Counted from the first letter of the stretch, positions 1 through 14,019 are shown. The stretch: 64,000 bases of DNA from Eledone cirrhosa (GCA_964016885.1 OZ024750.1:1302001-1366000), one strand, 5' to 3'. Made by a program: numbers and translations. The notes: a model not told the origin generated them from the letters alone.

Positions 1-213
1 GGATTGGCAGTATCGGTAGAGGGTCGGACGCCATGATTGGCAGTATCGGTAGAGGGTCGGACGCCATGCTTTGCAGCAAAGAGTTACGGCCCTTTATGAT
101 CTAAGTTCAAATCCCGCCGAGGTTATCCTTGCCTTTCATCCTTACGGGGTCGATAAAATAAAGTACCAGTAATACACTGGGATAATTGCTAGCCTTGTGC
201 CAAAAGTAGAAAC

Positions 214-218
<5 letters not shown>
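1..218 (+). mobile_element. tRNA-derived SINE family A, short-tail form, with duplicated head
   Basis: A-box-like TGGCAGTATCGG, B-box GTTCAAATCC, core GCCTTTCATCCTTACGGGGTCGATAAAATAAAGTACCAGT and tail GCCTTGTGCCAAAAGTAGAAACAATTA, all shared with many copies in the window; 2-34 is repeated at 35-67. Confidence 0.9.
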
Positions 219-252
<34 letters not shown>

Positions 253-256
<4 letters not shown>

Positions 257-390
257 GTTATTCCGGGTTGAATCGGAGGTAACCACAGTAAGTAAGGTAC
301 TCAATACATAGGAGAGTATAAAAGTTTTAATATAGATGAGATTCTACAGGACTAGAACTGTAGAATCTCATCTATATTAAGACTTATATA
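253..390. mobile_element. Fold-back element beside a (TA)n tract, same family as 63851-64000 (putative Penelope-like derivative)
   Basis: 28-bp inverted arms 322-349 and 358-385 (1 mismatch) around loop GACTAGAA; 256-360 aligns by eye with 63854-63957. Confidence 0.75.
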
Positions 391-551
391 TAGGCTGGAA
401 TTTTGATAGACTGCATCAAAACGAGATCCTCAGTTATATTTCTGAGCCTAGATATAACATTTACTACCAAAACCACGCACAAACGCACAATCGCATACAT
501 ACACGCTCATAGACACATACAATAACACACACACACACACACACACACAAA

Positions 552-596
<45 letters not shown>

Positions 597-914
597 TCAC
601 GAATACATTTTCACTCACATATGTCACAACTATATTATTTACTTATGCCAATTACTTAACAATATCGTCTGGTTAACAAGCACATCCTTCTTGTACAGAT
701 GCGTGTGTGTATTTATGTTTATATATATGTGTACGTTTATTTGTGTATAGGAGATAATGATGTACACATCCGCAAAGACATAAATTCACACACACACATA
801 TGTGTATGCATATATACACGCATACATACATATATACATACATACATGCATACAGGCTTTCATGTAGACAAACACGCTAGTATAAGTTTTGCTTTCAGAC
901 ATAAGTCTAACTAC

Positions 915-957
<43 letters not shown>

Positions 958-1104
958 TGTGTATTTTTGAGTGTGTATGTGCGTGTCGATTTTCTATCAG
1001 TAAACAACATTCTCATGTTTGGCTTTGTGCCATTATACAGGGAAGTGCCACAAGACTGTGTCTTTTCGGGTGAATATAAATACATATAATGATTTCTTAA
1101 ACGG

Positions 1105-1186
<82 letters not shown>

Positions 1187-1361
1187 GCACACCGGCGCGT
1201 CCAGTCCAGCGCGTGGACATATATTTTTTATGTTAATCTCCTAGTTTTAGACATTGGACTAAAGCCATGCTTGGACAACGCCTTCAAGTCTTTAGCCGTT
1301 CATATCAACCCGTCTATGTATACTTATAGGCGTGGCTCCAATCATCTCAACCGTTATATGT

Positions 1362-1582
1362 TAGCTTAGCTTACAAGACCCCGTGTCTTGAGACACACGA
1401 GGCAGCCAACGTGGTCCAATAATTACGGTCAGCTGCATTTAACAATATAACCTTCCAACGTTTGTTGACGTTTTTCAAATCTCTGTCGATTGGCTGCCGC
1501 CAGTTCATCTTGGTGCATCCCCTTCGCCTGTTTTAGCGAGGGCACCAATATAGGACCTGTAGAAACACATTCTACTACGGGG
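1362..1582 (-). mobile_element. RTE-clade LINE 3' fragment
   Basis: Minus strand reads GCTKMNWRQPIDRDLKNVNKRWKVILLNAADRNYWTTLAASCVSRHGVL*, resembling an RTE C-terminus (W...I..DL....DR..W), followed by a (GCTAA)2 tail. Confidence 0.65.
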
Positions 1583-2591
1583 AATAATAAAAACAGACTT
1601 TTCTTTTTTTTATTTGTATATATGATACTTTCACAGACACAGGCCCCATTACAATGTACCCCTACCTAAGCTCCCTCTCTGACACACACACACACAAATA
1701 CTCCACTACCCAATAAATGTAGATTTAATTAAGTGTAGGCCGCGATAATTGAGGTGATGAGCCAAAAATAATTGCTGATTAATTCAGATTACAGCACTAA
1801 TGAGAAAAAAGTAATCAGTTTTAATGAAAATTCATTTGCATACAGGTCAAGGAAGAGAACTTACGAAATTTTAATCAACGAAAATATAATTCTAATAAAG
1901 ACAGTCAGAGATTACGACGTTTCAAAAGTCATGGAGATAATTACTGACACGTTTCGATATAATTGAATCTCCTCAGTAAAATATTGTTTTCTCAGCCACA
2001 AATATTTTCTTCAACTATCTAAGTAGATGTTGTCCATAATGACATCATTAATCAGCGCTTCAGTATATTAGATTTGTAAATAATATAGCATTTTAGGCAG
2101 TCAAATTTGATCATAAACTACTGAAGACTATTTTATTTTAGTGTTACGATGTTCTATCTCAACACTTTTAGACAATACTATATGTGCAGGCAGATGTAAA
2201 CAAGTGTAAATTAAAATAGTCTCTGGAGGTCATTGTACATCGTTGTTTGGTGTGCTTTTCCTCTTTAAGTTTCGCAAAAAAAAACACACACACATACCCC
2301 CCCCCCCATATATATATAAGCATAACAGTAATAATTCTATAGTTGTATCGTACAATAAGAGGGAAACAATCGCGACTCAGAATTCCAGCACATGTGACGT
2401 GTGTAGCTACACACTGATTCTATCAGGTTATTCTATAAATTTGCTAACAAAAAATGGATCCATTCGATTTAGTTTTAAATAAAGCCAAACGCATTAAATA
2501 TAGAGAAACAGCGCGTAACACTTTTTACTTTACAATACACACACACAACGACACACACATAAACATACATACACAAACATAGTCATCTCTA

Positions 2592-2596
<5 letters not shown>

Positions 2597-2640
<44 letters not shown>

Positions 2641-3106
2641 AATATATATATAAATATATATATAAATATATATATATAAATATATATATATAAATATATA
2701 TATATAAATATATATATATAAATATATATGTAAATATATATATAAATATATATAAATATATATAAATATATAAATAAATATATATATAAATATATATATA
2801 AATATATATATAAATATATATATATTTATATATATAAATATATATAAATATATATATAAATATATATATAAATATATATATAAATATATATATAAATATA
2901 TATATAAATATATATATAAATATATATATAAATATATATATAAATATATATATAAATATATATATAAATATATATATAAATATATATATAAATATATAAA
3001 TAAATATATAAATATAAATATATATATAAATATATAAATAAATATATAAATAAATATATAAATATAAATATAAATATATATATAAATATATAAATAAATA
3101 TATATC
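2597..3106. repeat. Long (TA)n/TAAA compound microsatellite
   Basis: Directly visible. Confidence 0.95.
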
Positions 3107-3113
3107 TCTATCT

Positions 3114-3208
3114 ATCTAGGGCGGGTAAAATTCCCGACATCCATGGACTCCAACAGAGCAGTGTCTGTTCTTATGGCATCAACAAACGTTAACCTTGGTC
3201 TTCCTCTT
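3114..3208 (-). mobile_element. Internally deleted 3' end of the same RTE LINE family as 39000-39311
   Basis: Reverse complement matches AAGAGGAAGACCAAGGTTAACG...CTGTTGGA joined to GTCCATGGA...GGGAATTTTACC...CTAGA. Confidence 0.8.
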
Positions 3209-3899
3209 TGGATAGATAGATATACAGACATATGAAATGCACCTGAGTGTTGGTATTGGTATAATTTGTATAATTACATAATACAATATTCACAAGAACT
3301 CAATCATAAAGACGTATTTCATTATACACAGCAGAATATCTTCATGTCTGAATGATGTTCATTCCGAAATTCCTATAGTCATTATGGCATTCGGAATTAA
3401 ATTACAATAAAACACCAATCCTCTAATTTGAATAATTATTTCCAATTAGATGACTTCTGTTTTTTTTTCACAAGTAGTGAAGTAGCAACTCTTCTGTTGT
3501 ATGTTTTTAAATAATCTTTTCAATTGGTCTTTCACCTCAAACATCACGGTTGATTTAACATTGGAAGTCAGTTATCTCTTTACAGTTATTTCGAAGAATA
3601 AATATTAAATTCGAATCCATTGAATAAGATCTAATATACAATTAAAGAAATGGCAATAGAATGGTTTGTAGACGCCAACACACTACATGCTTGCTTACCT
3701 GTATAACTATTGCTGGAATGGTTTTTGTGATTGTTAAGAAGTTATTATACAAAACAAATCATCACCACGTCTGTTACGTATTGATCATCACCATCACCAC
3801 GTCTGTTACGTATTGATCTTTTCCATTTCTATTTCAGCCACAGGATCACAATATTCATTAGAATCGATAATGACTGAGGTATCAAATTAAAATAAAACT

Positions 3900-5620
3900 A
3901 ATAATAATAATGATATACTAATGTAAATCAACTCAATGAAATATAAAAAGAAGGGAACATGGTGGACATTTCTGAACAGGGAATGCTAAAGTAGTAATTC
4001 ATAGCCCGGACAATTTAAAGATGGAAATAATTAATGAAATAAAACGTAATAACTTAATGATAAAATACTAACAACAAAGAAGGCAAACCTGAGCAGCAGT
4101 GATTTCAATAAACACTTAGAAAACAAGCAATGTTTCCAGCAGAGTGGATGGGAAAGTTCAATGAATTAGATGCCTGTAAATATCAATTATTGATCAAAAA
4201 AGCCATAACCAGAAAACAAATGACGAAAAATATTCTAAGCCTAACATGGATTCATTATGAGCAAGTGGCTGGTAACATTAGCCATGAGTAAATAGGAACA
4301 GTTGTAAGGAGATACATGAATATTTCACGAAGAAATAACAAAACAGTTTGCAGAAACAGACAACTGAGATGGAATTATAAAATCTTAATCAATCTCAACC
4401 AGAAGTGGAATATTTCAAGATGATTCTCTCTCCACACTTCCTTTCTGTCAAGAACTAACGTCTTTTACCAACTTGTCAAAGAAGATTGGAGTTGGATTGA
4501 AATTATATGGTATGAATATCAACCATCTTTTGTATATGGACGGCTTAAGATATATACTGCAAATGATTTACCAGAGAAATTGATATGCGATTAGGATTAG
4601 AAAAATGCGCCAAATTAACTTTGAAGAGCGGAAAATTAATTAAGACGACTAATATGATGCTGGATAAACAAGCAGGGATCAGAAAATAACAACACACGTA
4701 GACATACGTATCGTTAGGAATCAATGAGCTAGGTAGAGTAAAACACGCACAAATGAAAGATAAGGTTAAAAATGGAATATAATAAACGTATTAGATTAAT
4801 AATTAAAACAGAGCTAAATGGTATTAGGTACCAGTACTCTAGTTTAAAGAAGCTACGGCTTAATAAGTTTCATTTGGAAGATAAAGTATCTAACAAAATA
4901 AATACGAAACAAGACAAAAGTAATGACAAGCATTTAAAACACACTGCTCCAACATTTATAATGAACATGTATATACAGCTATAAACATTGTTTTAAAATA
5001 TCCATTATAGTACTACAACAACATCTAGGAAATAAGAATGGAAGCCTAATGAAATAAACAAAACGAGAACAACTACCATGAACTGTATTTCATCTCAAGG
5101 CAAACCAGAAAATATGCAAAATAGCAGCTGTAAACGACGGTGAAACAACATGAGAAATTATGAAAAGGTGAAAACGTTAGCTAATAATGTGTTACACAAT
5201 ATAGTGGTGGTAATCTACGTCGCCAATACATAAACAAAAAAAGAGCAGGAAGAGACAAAGTAGATTCGTAAACCATGGTGGAGAGGTTTAGTTCCTCAAA
5301 ACCGTTTTGAGACTGAAGGATACTGACAAAACACATACACTGAAGAAGTACGTTAAATATCTTCAGAATTTGTGGAGATGGGGAAGAAAAGATTAACCTT
5401 ATAGTCTCCGATTTCCGCATCTTAGTTAAAAATCAATATATCTTTAGGTACGACAGATCTTCGGCTTAACTACACTGGAGGTTCTATTAACGGAAAACGA
5501 TTTGAGAGGTTGTGTAAACGAAAAAGGTATGTCAAAGCCATGATAATCTAGGGTGTGTCAATCTACACAGACAAGGATATCAAGACTAACCGACCAGATA
5601 TTGTTGTATTTATATACTTA
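3900..5620 (+). mobile_element. Decayed R4/Dong-like non-LTR retrotransposon (RT + CCHC + RLE remnants)
   Basis: In order: IFQDDSLSTLPFC (~4410), NHLLYMDGLR (4521-4550), DMRLGLEKCAKLTLKSGK (4582), FRICGDGEEKINLIVS (~5362, zinc-knuckle-like), DKDIKTNRPDIVV (~5570, RLE PD motif); many stops and frameshifts; 5' boundary approximate. Confidence 0.8.
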
Positions 5621-5899
5621 AAGCCTACATTCACACAAATAAACAGATCCACACACACACACATACACACACACACATATATATATACACACACACATTC
5701 ATATAATATAAATATACAGGTAGTTGTATACTTTATATAGTCGGGTTACCATTAGTTTTTCGTATGGATCACTCCTTACTCTAACTCGAGTTTTGAGTTA
5801 CACCATAGGTGACAGGAACAGAGTCACACTAAAATTGACCAGACTTCTACGGCAATTAATGTATGATTAACACACAAGAAAGAGCAAATATTAAGTAAT

Positions 5900-6104
5900 G
5901 ATTTCTACTATAGGCACATCGATTTGTGGAGAGGGGGAAGTCGATTAAATCGACCCAGTACGTGACTGATACTTTATTTTATCAATCCCGTAAGGATGAA
6001 AGGCAAAACTAACCTCCGCGGGATTTGAACTCAGAATGTAAAGGGCCGTAACTATATGCCGCAAAGCATAATGTCCGTCGCTCTACCGATACTGCCAACC
6101 CACT
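5900..6104 (-). mobile_element. SINE family A, long-tail form, with 16-bp TSD
   Basis: Full-length reverse copy; GCAAATATTAAGTAAT at 5884-5899 and 6105-6120. Confidence 0.9.
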
Positions 6105-6187
6105 GCAAATATTAAGTAATCGCGATAAAAAGTAAACTTAAAATTCTCTTGCGGATATAGAACTTCTTATCACTTGTTGAATATTAT

Positions 6188-6283
<96 letters not shown>

Positions 6284-6507
6284 GAGTATATTGCTATTTT
6301 CAGATGCATTAAAAAAAAAATTTCTTTTCAAGTCTCCAAGTATCTATAGAAAACTAAACCAACATTATCTAATCGATATATAGAGGAAAATTACATATTG
6401 TTTACCACACAGCAGTAAATCTAAATATTTACTGCATGGGAAAATTATTACAATTGCATCATTTAGAATAATTTACAAGTAGCATCTCAGTGTTTTAGGG
6501 AAAATTC

Positions 6508-6560
<53 letters not shown>

Positions 6561-6953
6561 ACAACAAATAAAAATAAAAGAGAAAAATAACTAGTAAAAA
6601 TGTATAAAAAGTGACAAAACAATTATATGAAAAATATCTTCTCTTAGCTTGCAATTAGGTAGTTTTGTGCGAAATAGAACATTAATTTCAAATTCCAGAT
6701 TGTTATTCCTTGCCATGGAAATATTGGCCATTGACGGTAATTCTGATAATTAAATGTTTTGATGCTAATTTCAACACGAGAACAAAACAAAAATAAAAAT
6801 AAACTCACATAGAAAAATAAACTCACATCCATTATAATTATGTTCGCTAATTTGTATTTATGTGTGTTAACACACATATACATATAAATACAAACTTACA
6901 CGTGAACACACATACACATATATATAAATATATACACGTGATTAATGAGTATA

Positions 6954-6992
<39 letters not shown>

Positions 6993-7066
6993 GTACTATA
7001 TATATATATATAATGTGCACATGTCCTTAGTTTATAAATGCTACATATATAACTATACATATAAAA

Positions 7067-7111
<45 letters not shown>

Positions 7112-7797
7112 CATTCATACATATATCTATATTATATCATATATTGTATTATATATTATATTATAATATATTTACTTGCATGGATTTAACTCATATACAA
7201 ATTTCAATCAAATAAGTCCATATTTTACTAGAGAGAAGATTACAGTACTCCTTTAAATATGAGTATATGTGAGTCACGCCTCAGTTTCTAATTCCATATT
7301 CTGTTACATGGAACAGTAGGGATTATATATCTGAGCCTCGGTATTGCTACTTCATTACGTCTCCTGTTCTTTTCACTCCAACCAGAAATACACAGTCAAA
7401 CGGAATATATAGTAATCAATATAAGAATTGCTCTAGAGGATGTCTAGAAATATATTCTTGTGAATAATTAAATTATAGGCTTTTGGGTATGTTACATAAT
7501 TTTCCTTGTTCACTTCTTCCGTCACTATATTCTTTCTAGATATATATATCTAGTAGATTATATCATGCAAGTATAAGAAAATATGCACATATGTATAATC
7601 ATGACTGTTCTGAACCTGAAGGTAGCAGTTCCGCAGTTGAATGACACCCGGTGGATTAGAATATCGACCAAATATATATACATATGTACAGTTAGTTGGT
7701 TGGTTTTCGCTTCTGTATCTTTTATATCTCCACAGTTAATTCATTCGATCCTCAATGTTTACCATTGACTGACCAACGGTAAAAAATACAGATATAA

Positions 7798-8310
7798 TAT
7801 AGATATAAACACATATATATAGTTTTTCGTCTACGAAAAACCATAACATCTCGACAACTATCCTTCATAAAGCTCTGTGCCTCTTCTAGAATCTACACCA
7901 ACACCATCAATACCGACGTTAGAAGATTACAACTCACCAAAAAACAAGCAGATAGGCTAAAACGAACTTTAATTCTAAACATAAAAAAGAAGATCTATAG
8001 AGAATTAAGTCATCAAGAAAAACAAAAGCGTAACCTAATACAAGAAATAGCTAGAATCACCACACCAACAGAGAAACTAATATTTATAAGCCTTATACGC
8101 CCCGAAGAACAACAATACATTACTCAAGAATGTGATAAGCACTTTAACAGGAAACTAAAGTGGCTTAAACAGGCAAAGCTAAATCAGGATACTATAGAGT
8201 ATACCAATAGATATCCCGACAAAATTGACGGTATCAACATGGCCGACACCTCATTATCAGAAGAGTTCAACAACAAAAACACCAACATTTATGGGACCAC
8301 ATATATATAG
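7798..8310 (+). mobile_element. Stop-free frame without 5' ATG, probable Penelope-like element N-terminal ORF fragment
   Basis: Hand translation VFRLRKTITSRQLSFIKLCASSRIYTNTINTDVRRLQLTKKQADRLKRTLILNIKKKIYRELSHQEKQKRNLIQEIARITTPTEKLIFISLIRPEEQQYITQECDKHFNRKLKWLKQAKL...GTTYI*; both ends are short TA runs; family assignment from remembered motif resemblance. Confidence 0.5.
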
Positions 8311-8597
8311 TCTAACAGAAAACAGTGAGTGGGTTCCGTTATTATTTCTGGCAATATTATTACAACAATATGACCCTCCCCCAGTATAACAATATTTGTT
8401 TCGACACACCATTTATATCAAAAACTTCGCAAAACAAATATATATATATATAATATGAGCTATCGAACTTCGTACCTAAAAATTTCCGATGTCGAACGTT
8501 TTACCCTATTTTCTAATGTATTATTTACAGTTATTTTCTACGTTTGAGGTTTCTAAATTTTGTAAGAATTGCTCTCTCCCTCTCTTTCTGTCTGTAT

Positions 8598-8630
<33 letters not shown>

Positions 8631-9561
8631 CATATATATATGTTTACATAGATACAAAAACATGCTTGGGAGATAGATAATCTAAATGACGTCAGCATCA
8701 TTCTATAATTCATCATAACTGTCTTGAAAAGCGCTAAACTTTTAATTACTATTCTTCACTCATTTGCACAACATAAATGTGATCTGTTTTGAAATATATT
8801 GGATAGTTTGACGAAGACATACAACAAATATCTTCCATTCCATTATTCTTTCATACACTCGTGGTTTTTGTTTGAAATTAGTTTTAACAAATGTTCTTTT
8901 ATTTTCATGAATTTCATTGTTTTTCTATTTGTATTTAGTGTACACATATTTCTACATCCACACTCGTTCATTCTCTGTTTTTCTATTACCGTGTTTATGA
9001 TGTCCTCTTAGTTATTATCTACACAGGCATCCTGTTTGACAAAGTGTAAATTTGCTTCCCTTTCTACTTCCTCATTGCCGAGCAACCCATGAAAATATGA
9101 CAAAATATTTCCACTTTTAATCTGATCTGGTCTATAAAATACTGTACTAATTATTATTAATGATTTTAAATATTTTGATGAAAACATACCTAAATACATT
9201 TCCGTCGTTATTCACCGTAATAACTATTTTAATCTTTAAAATTATTTCAATAATAGTTAACATACCGAAATAATGGTATAATATACTTATATAACTCCCC
9301 ATCCTTATCCATCGTAATAACTATTTTAATCTTTATAATTATTTTAATAAAGGTTATTTATATTTTTAATAGAATTAGCATTAATGTCATTTCAATATTT
9401 TCTTCCGATTTTGACGGATTTCAGATTCCTTTGGAGTTTGTGTAACGAGTTATTTCAATATTTTTAATTATCTTTTGTTGACTTGTTGCTATGGTGTTCT
9501 CTGCATCAATTGCTACCGTTGTTATGAGAAACAGCTCACATATAAACAGAAATATTTCCTT

Positions 9562-9655
<94 letters not shown>

Positions 9656-9727
9656 TTATCATACACAGATATATATATGTTATGATATATATATATATCA
9701 AATGCCTATATATATATATATATATAT

Positions 9728-9826
9728 AATTGTTTCTACTTTAGGCACAAGGCCAGCAATTATCCCAATGCATTACTGGTACTTTATTTTATCGACCCCG
9801 CAAGGATGAAAGGCAAAGTCAACCTT
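9728..9826 (-). mobile_element. SINE family A, 5'-truncated
   Basis: Core and tail only, between TA tracts. Confidence 0.85.
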
Positions 9827-10832
9827 TGCTCATTATATATATATATATATTTAAAATTATATATATATATATATATATATAAAATTGCTCATTATATATA
9901 TATATATAATGAGCAATTTTAATAGTTGTTTGCACGTGCATGTGTGTTTGCTTGTGTGTGCATGCGTGTTTGTGTATGTCTGTATGATTATTTATGATAT
10001 AAATGTTCAACTTCTCTTTTCTATTAGAACAGTTTGGCTTTTAACAGCAGCAATTGCGAAGTACTTTAACTATGTATTATCAAGTCGTAAAAAAACGATT
10101 CTAACAATAGTTTTTATTATAATATATAAATTACAATTTATATATTATCGTAATTCATCTTAGTCATTACATTATACTTTCGTGAGATATCGATTCGCTT
10201 TAGATTGCTAAATTTTGACAGACGTATAAATCACTCCAAGAGCTTACTTATACTTGTTTACATCTAAAGCTCTTTGTCTTTATTTCCAAGCGTGTCCTAT
10301 AACTCAACGTTTAAATCTAATATGATATATAGTTGTTTTCTTAAACCGTTATCTATTAGATAGATATAAATGTTCAGCGTTCTTTTGACTGACGTTGTGT
10401 CTCATTGTCAGCCTGTCCTCCCTTGTGTAATGAATTATTTTTTTGTCGCCATGTTAATTTAAAAGCTATAAATTACATTTTTCACTAAGTAGAAACTATT
10501 TCAACAAATGATATTTATTTTATTTATAAAGTTCATTCTGATGTGTTTTAGGAGCATTGCATCAGTGAAAATTTAACAAATTTCAGAGCCAAAGTAATAG
10601 ATTTTAATAAGTCGTACAGGTCATATTTTTGTTTTTATTAAAGTCTTCTTAGTAGAAGCAGTTTGGGATAGGTTGCCATTTAAAGGATTAAGTAATTGGA
10701 CTAAGTTACCAAGAATAACAAAATCAGTATTTGGTATTTATGAGTTTTTAGAACAATAGTAAACTAGCCTGTAGCTGATTTTTTAAATTACGAATAAAAT
10801 AAGCTGAAGGACACAGATATATTCTCCACATA

Positions 10833-10992
10833 CAGTACCAGATTTAGGACAATTGAGGCCCGGTGCTAGTTAAATTATGAGACCCCTTACTTGAGCCCTG
10901 AAGGAGGTAAAAGAAATTGGCAGGAATATGGCCCCCTGGCCAACGGGCCTTGTGCTTAAGCACACCTAAGCAAAATGGTAAATCCGGCACTG
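10833..10992. mobile_element. hAT-type MITE
   Basis: TIRs CAGTACCAGATTTA / TAAATCCGGCACTG; 8-bp flanks TCCACATA (10825-10832) and TCCATATA (10993-11000). Confidence 0.75.
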
Positions 10993-13265
10993 TCCATATA
11001 TTTATCAAACACACACATACATACACACAGACACATACAACACACATACATACACACACAGACACATACTGTTTTGTTTCCTATATTTCTCCCACGTGTC
11101 TGTTTTTCAATCACGTCTTCTTAATTATCAATTGTTATTGTATTTATAAAAGATGAATGGCTATCTGCCTGGACCTCTTTTAATTATGTTTTTTTTTTAC
11201 GTGTGTTGCAATTGTAAACAGGTTGACAACATTCTTCAACGTCAACTATTTCAACTAGAAATATAAGATGGTTATTTTTTCTATATTTGTTGACTCCTTT
11301 AAGTCCTATTATAATTTAACTATTGAAAATAGTATGGAAATCTGGCATTGCCATAGCGACTCTATGTGACTTATACATAATATGATTATATACCTTATAA
11401 TTTTGAAAATACTCTCCATAAAACCTACTAAACCAGTGGGAAACTCTTATCTTTCTTCCCCAGGATTTCATTATTAATATTTAATTAAATACTATACAGT
11501 GCTGGTTGTTTCAAGAATATCATGTACATTTCTCCTGATATATACGTCTTTAATTATGAGCTGGAAGCCTTAGAAAACGACGTATATTTCAAATATTACT
11601 TGCTGGTCTTATAAATTTACATCCAAATTAATATTGAAAAAACTCTCATAATGAAGTATGCCAAATATGTTTAGTCCTGAAGGTATTTTAGAGGTATTTT
11701 TGGTCCGTTTACTAAAGCATAAGATGCTGCAAATTAATTCAGTGAAATCTTAACAGTGCGTTGGAATGTAATACAAAATATAATACGATAATATATTTTT
11801 TTACATCAACGAATGCCGACTGATTTAGTTAAGACTTAGTTAAGAGACTTCTACCAGTGAACAACGAGAAGTTCTTTGGTAAATTTCTAGCTTGCTGCTT
11901 TAAGCAATATATATGAATATCATCTGATGTGTTCCGTCTGTATATTTTCAGCAGCACTACCCTGTGTCAATTGTTTGTTTTAATTCGTGAAGTAATTAAT
12001 GTATATACCTAATATCTCATTGTACATGCGTTGAAGTTCACCTGGGAGGAAGGGGTTGAACCGGCCCCTGATAGGTGATATACAAAACACAGTCAAGAGC
12101 CGATCTCGAAAACACAGTCACATATCCAACTCGAAAATCATCAGCCAGCTACGGTGATAATCATATACTCGAAGTCCTCATATCGATTTAAGATCCGATT
12201 GATCGTACTAATCGACAATTTCAGAAGTCCGAATAACCATTTATGTTATCTTGAGAAAGGTTCTCAATTCTGTTCTATCACAAAATGTGCATCTCAAACC
12301 CCATGCTATGTAAATATTGTTGAATTATTCTACCAAGGTCGGTATAGGAGTATTTTCTTGTTGCCATGTTGGGAAAGAAGGAAAAATTATGAACAATTCA
12401 ATCTTTAGTTCGCCTTGTGAGTAATCTAATAATTTCCTACAAACTGTTTTCTAATTAAATAGATATTTTCTGATTGAATGGCACAGTACGATTTTGCATA
12501 TGTGTACATCATCTGACAGCACGTGGCTTAAAACTTCATAAAACATTTTCTACCTTCGTTAACATCATTGCTTACGAAAGGAACTACGAAATTTCCCGCT
12601 GTGCTAAAACATAGCTATCACTGCATGTTTTTTTTTGTCAATCAGACGATAGCTTTAAGCTATCTATTTTTCGATCTATCAACTCCACTCGTTGTTCGGC
12701 GCAGTTTGAAGCCACGTTTTCTGATATTATACAATCACGTCAGAGGCTACAAGTTTTGCCTTCAAATATCTATTCACTTCGGCCAGAACTAATGTTAACC
12801 AACTATTATGCAGTAATTGCCAGTCATGGGGAACATTGACCCACTGAACGGTGACAAGGTAGTATCATCATTTCTTACAGAAGACATCCCAGAGACAGAA
12901 AATACGACAAATGTGGAATCACTATTCTCTACAGAATTCTAGGAAAACAAAACACCAAAATCAGTAGAATTACGATAATTGATGTTTTATGTAAAATAAC
13001 TTCTCTTGAACAGTTTCTATGTTTTGTTAGTTCTTCATAGAAATATAGCATTATAAATGTTTTGAAGATGTATTTCCCAAGACCTTGCAACAAATATGTG
13101 TATTTTATGTCCTTTATCTCATGTGGATAAATATACATTAAACTTTGATTTATTTCACATACAGATACACAAACAAACACAAACACACACACATATACAC
13201 AAATACATACATACACACACAAATGCCATGAATACAAACATAAACATGTAATAGCATAATGAATG

Positions 13266-13360
13266 CTCGTGGCTTAGTGGTTTGGATGTTGGGTTTAAAT
13301 CGTGGGTTCGAAGGTGTGGTGTGTTCTTGAGCAAGACACTTCATATCACGTTGCATTTGA
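13266..13360 (+). mobile_element. tRNA-derived SINE family B (CORE-like), partial
   Basis: CGTGGCTTAGTGG A-box, GGTTCGAA B-box, GTGTTCTTGAGCAAGACACTT segment. Confidence 0.7.
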
Positions 13361-13839
13361 GGATAGGACGACTGAGGTCCCTCCTGACCTAGGTACATCA
13401 AAATGTCATTACTCCATTCCTATCTTTAAATCTATTTTTCTTTCACACATATTTCCTTTCTTATTAGCTCTTAGTTAGCCTCAAAAATACTACCAACCGG
13501 TTTAGATATATCTATACTTACCGAGTGCTCTCTTTACTGATGTTCACACACATTTGAATCTATGGTATAATATTCCATTAACTATGCCACCCAAATACTG
13601 CCCAGTAACATCTATAACTCAAGAAGATATTAAAAAGCTACAGAGCTACAGAAACAGTAATTCAGATCTAAACTAATTAAGTTCATTAGCCAGCAATTAC
13701 GACATTAATTAAACAATTCATCATATGTGTACATATTTGATAAATGATAAATATATTACGTCAAACGATCTATTTCGATATTAACTTATATAAAGGTTAT
13801 TTCTTCTTAACTAAACATATCTTAATATTCGATGCCACG

Positions 13840-14019
13840 CATAGGTCGACCAAAATACTCTCATGGAATGACCAAATGAGGTTTATTTTTTGACATATTT
13901 CCTGGAAAGAAACAATGCTGTTATTAATAAGAAGAGTTGAAATTAATGCCTGCAAGATTTCACAGCTCTAACATTAATCCTTCATAGGTAGCCTATAAAC
14001 CTTTCAGTCAACCCTCGTA
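13840..14019. mobile_element. Tc1/mariner-type MITE family M1, left end degraded
   Basis: Matches 41755-41956 internally; ends CAGTCAACCCTCGTA. Confidence 0.8.
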
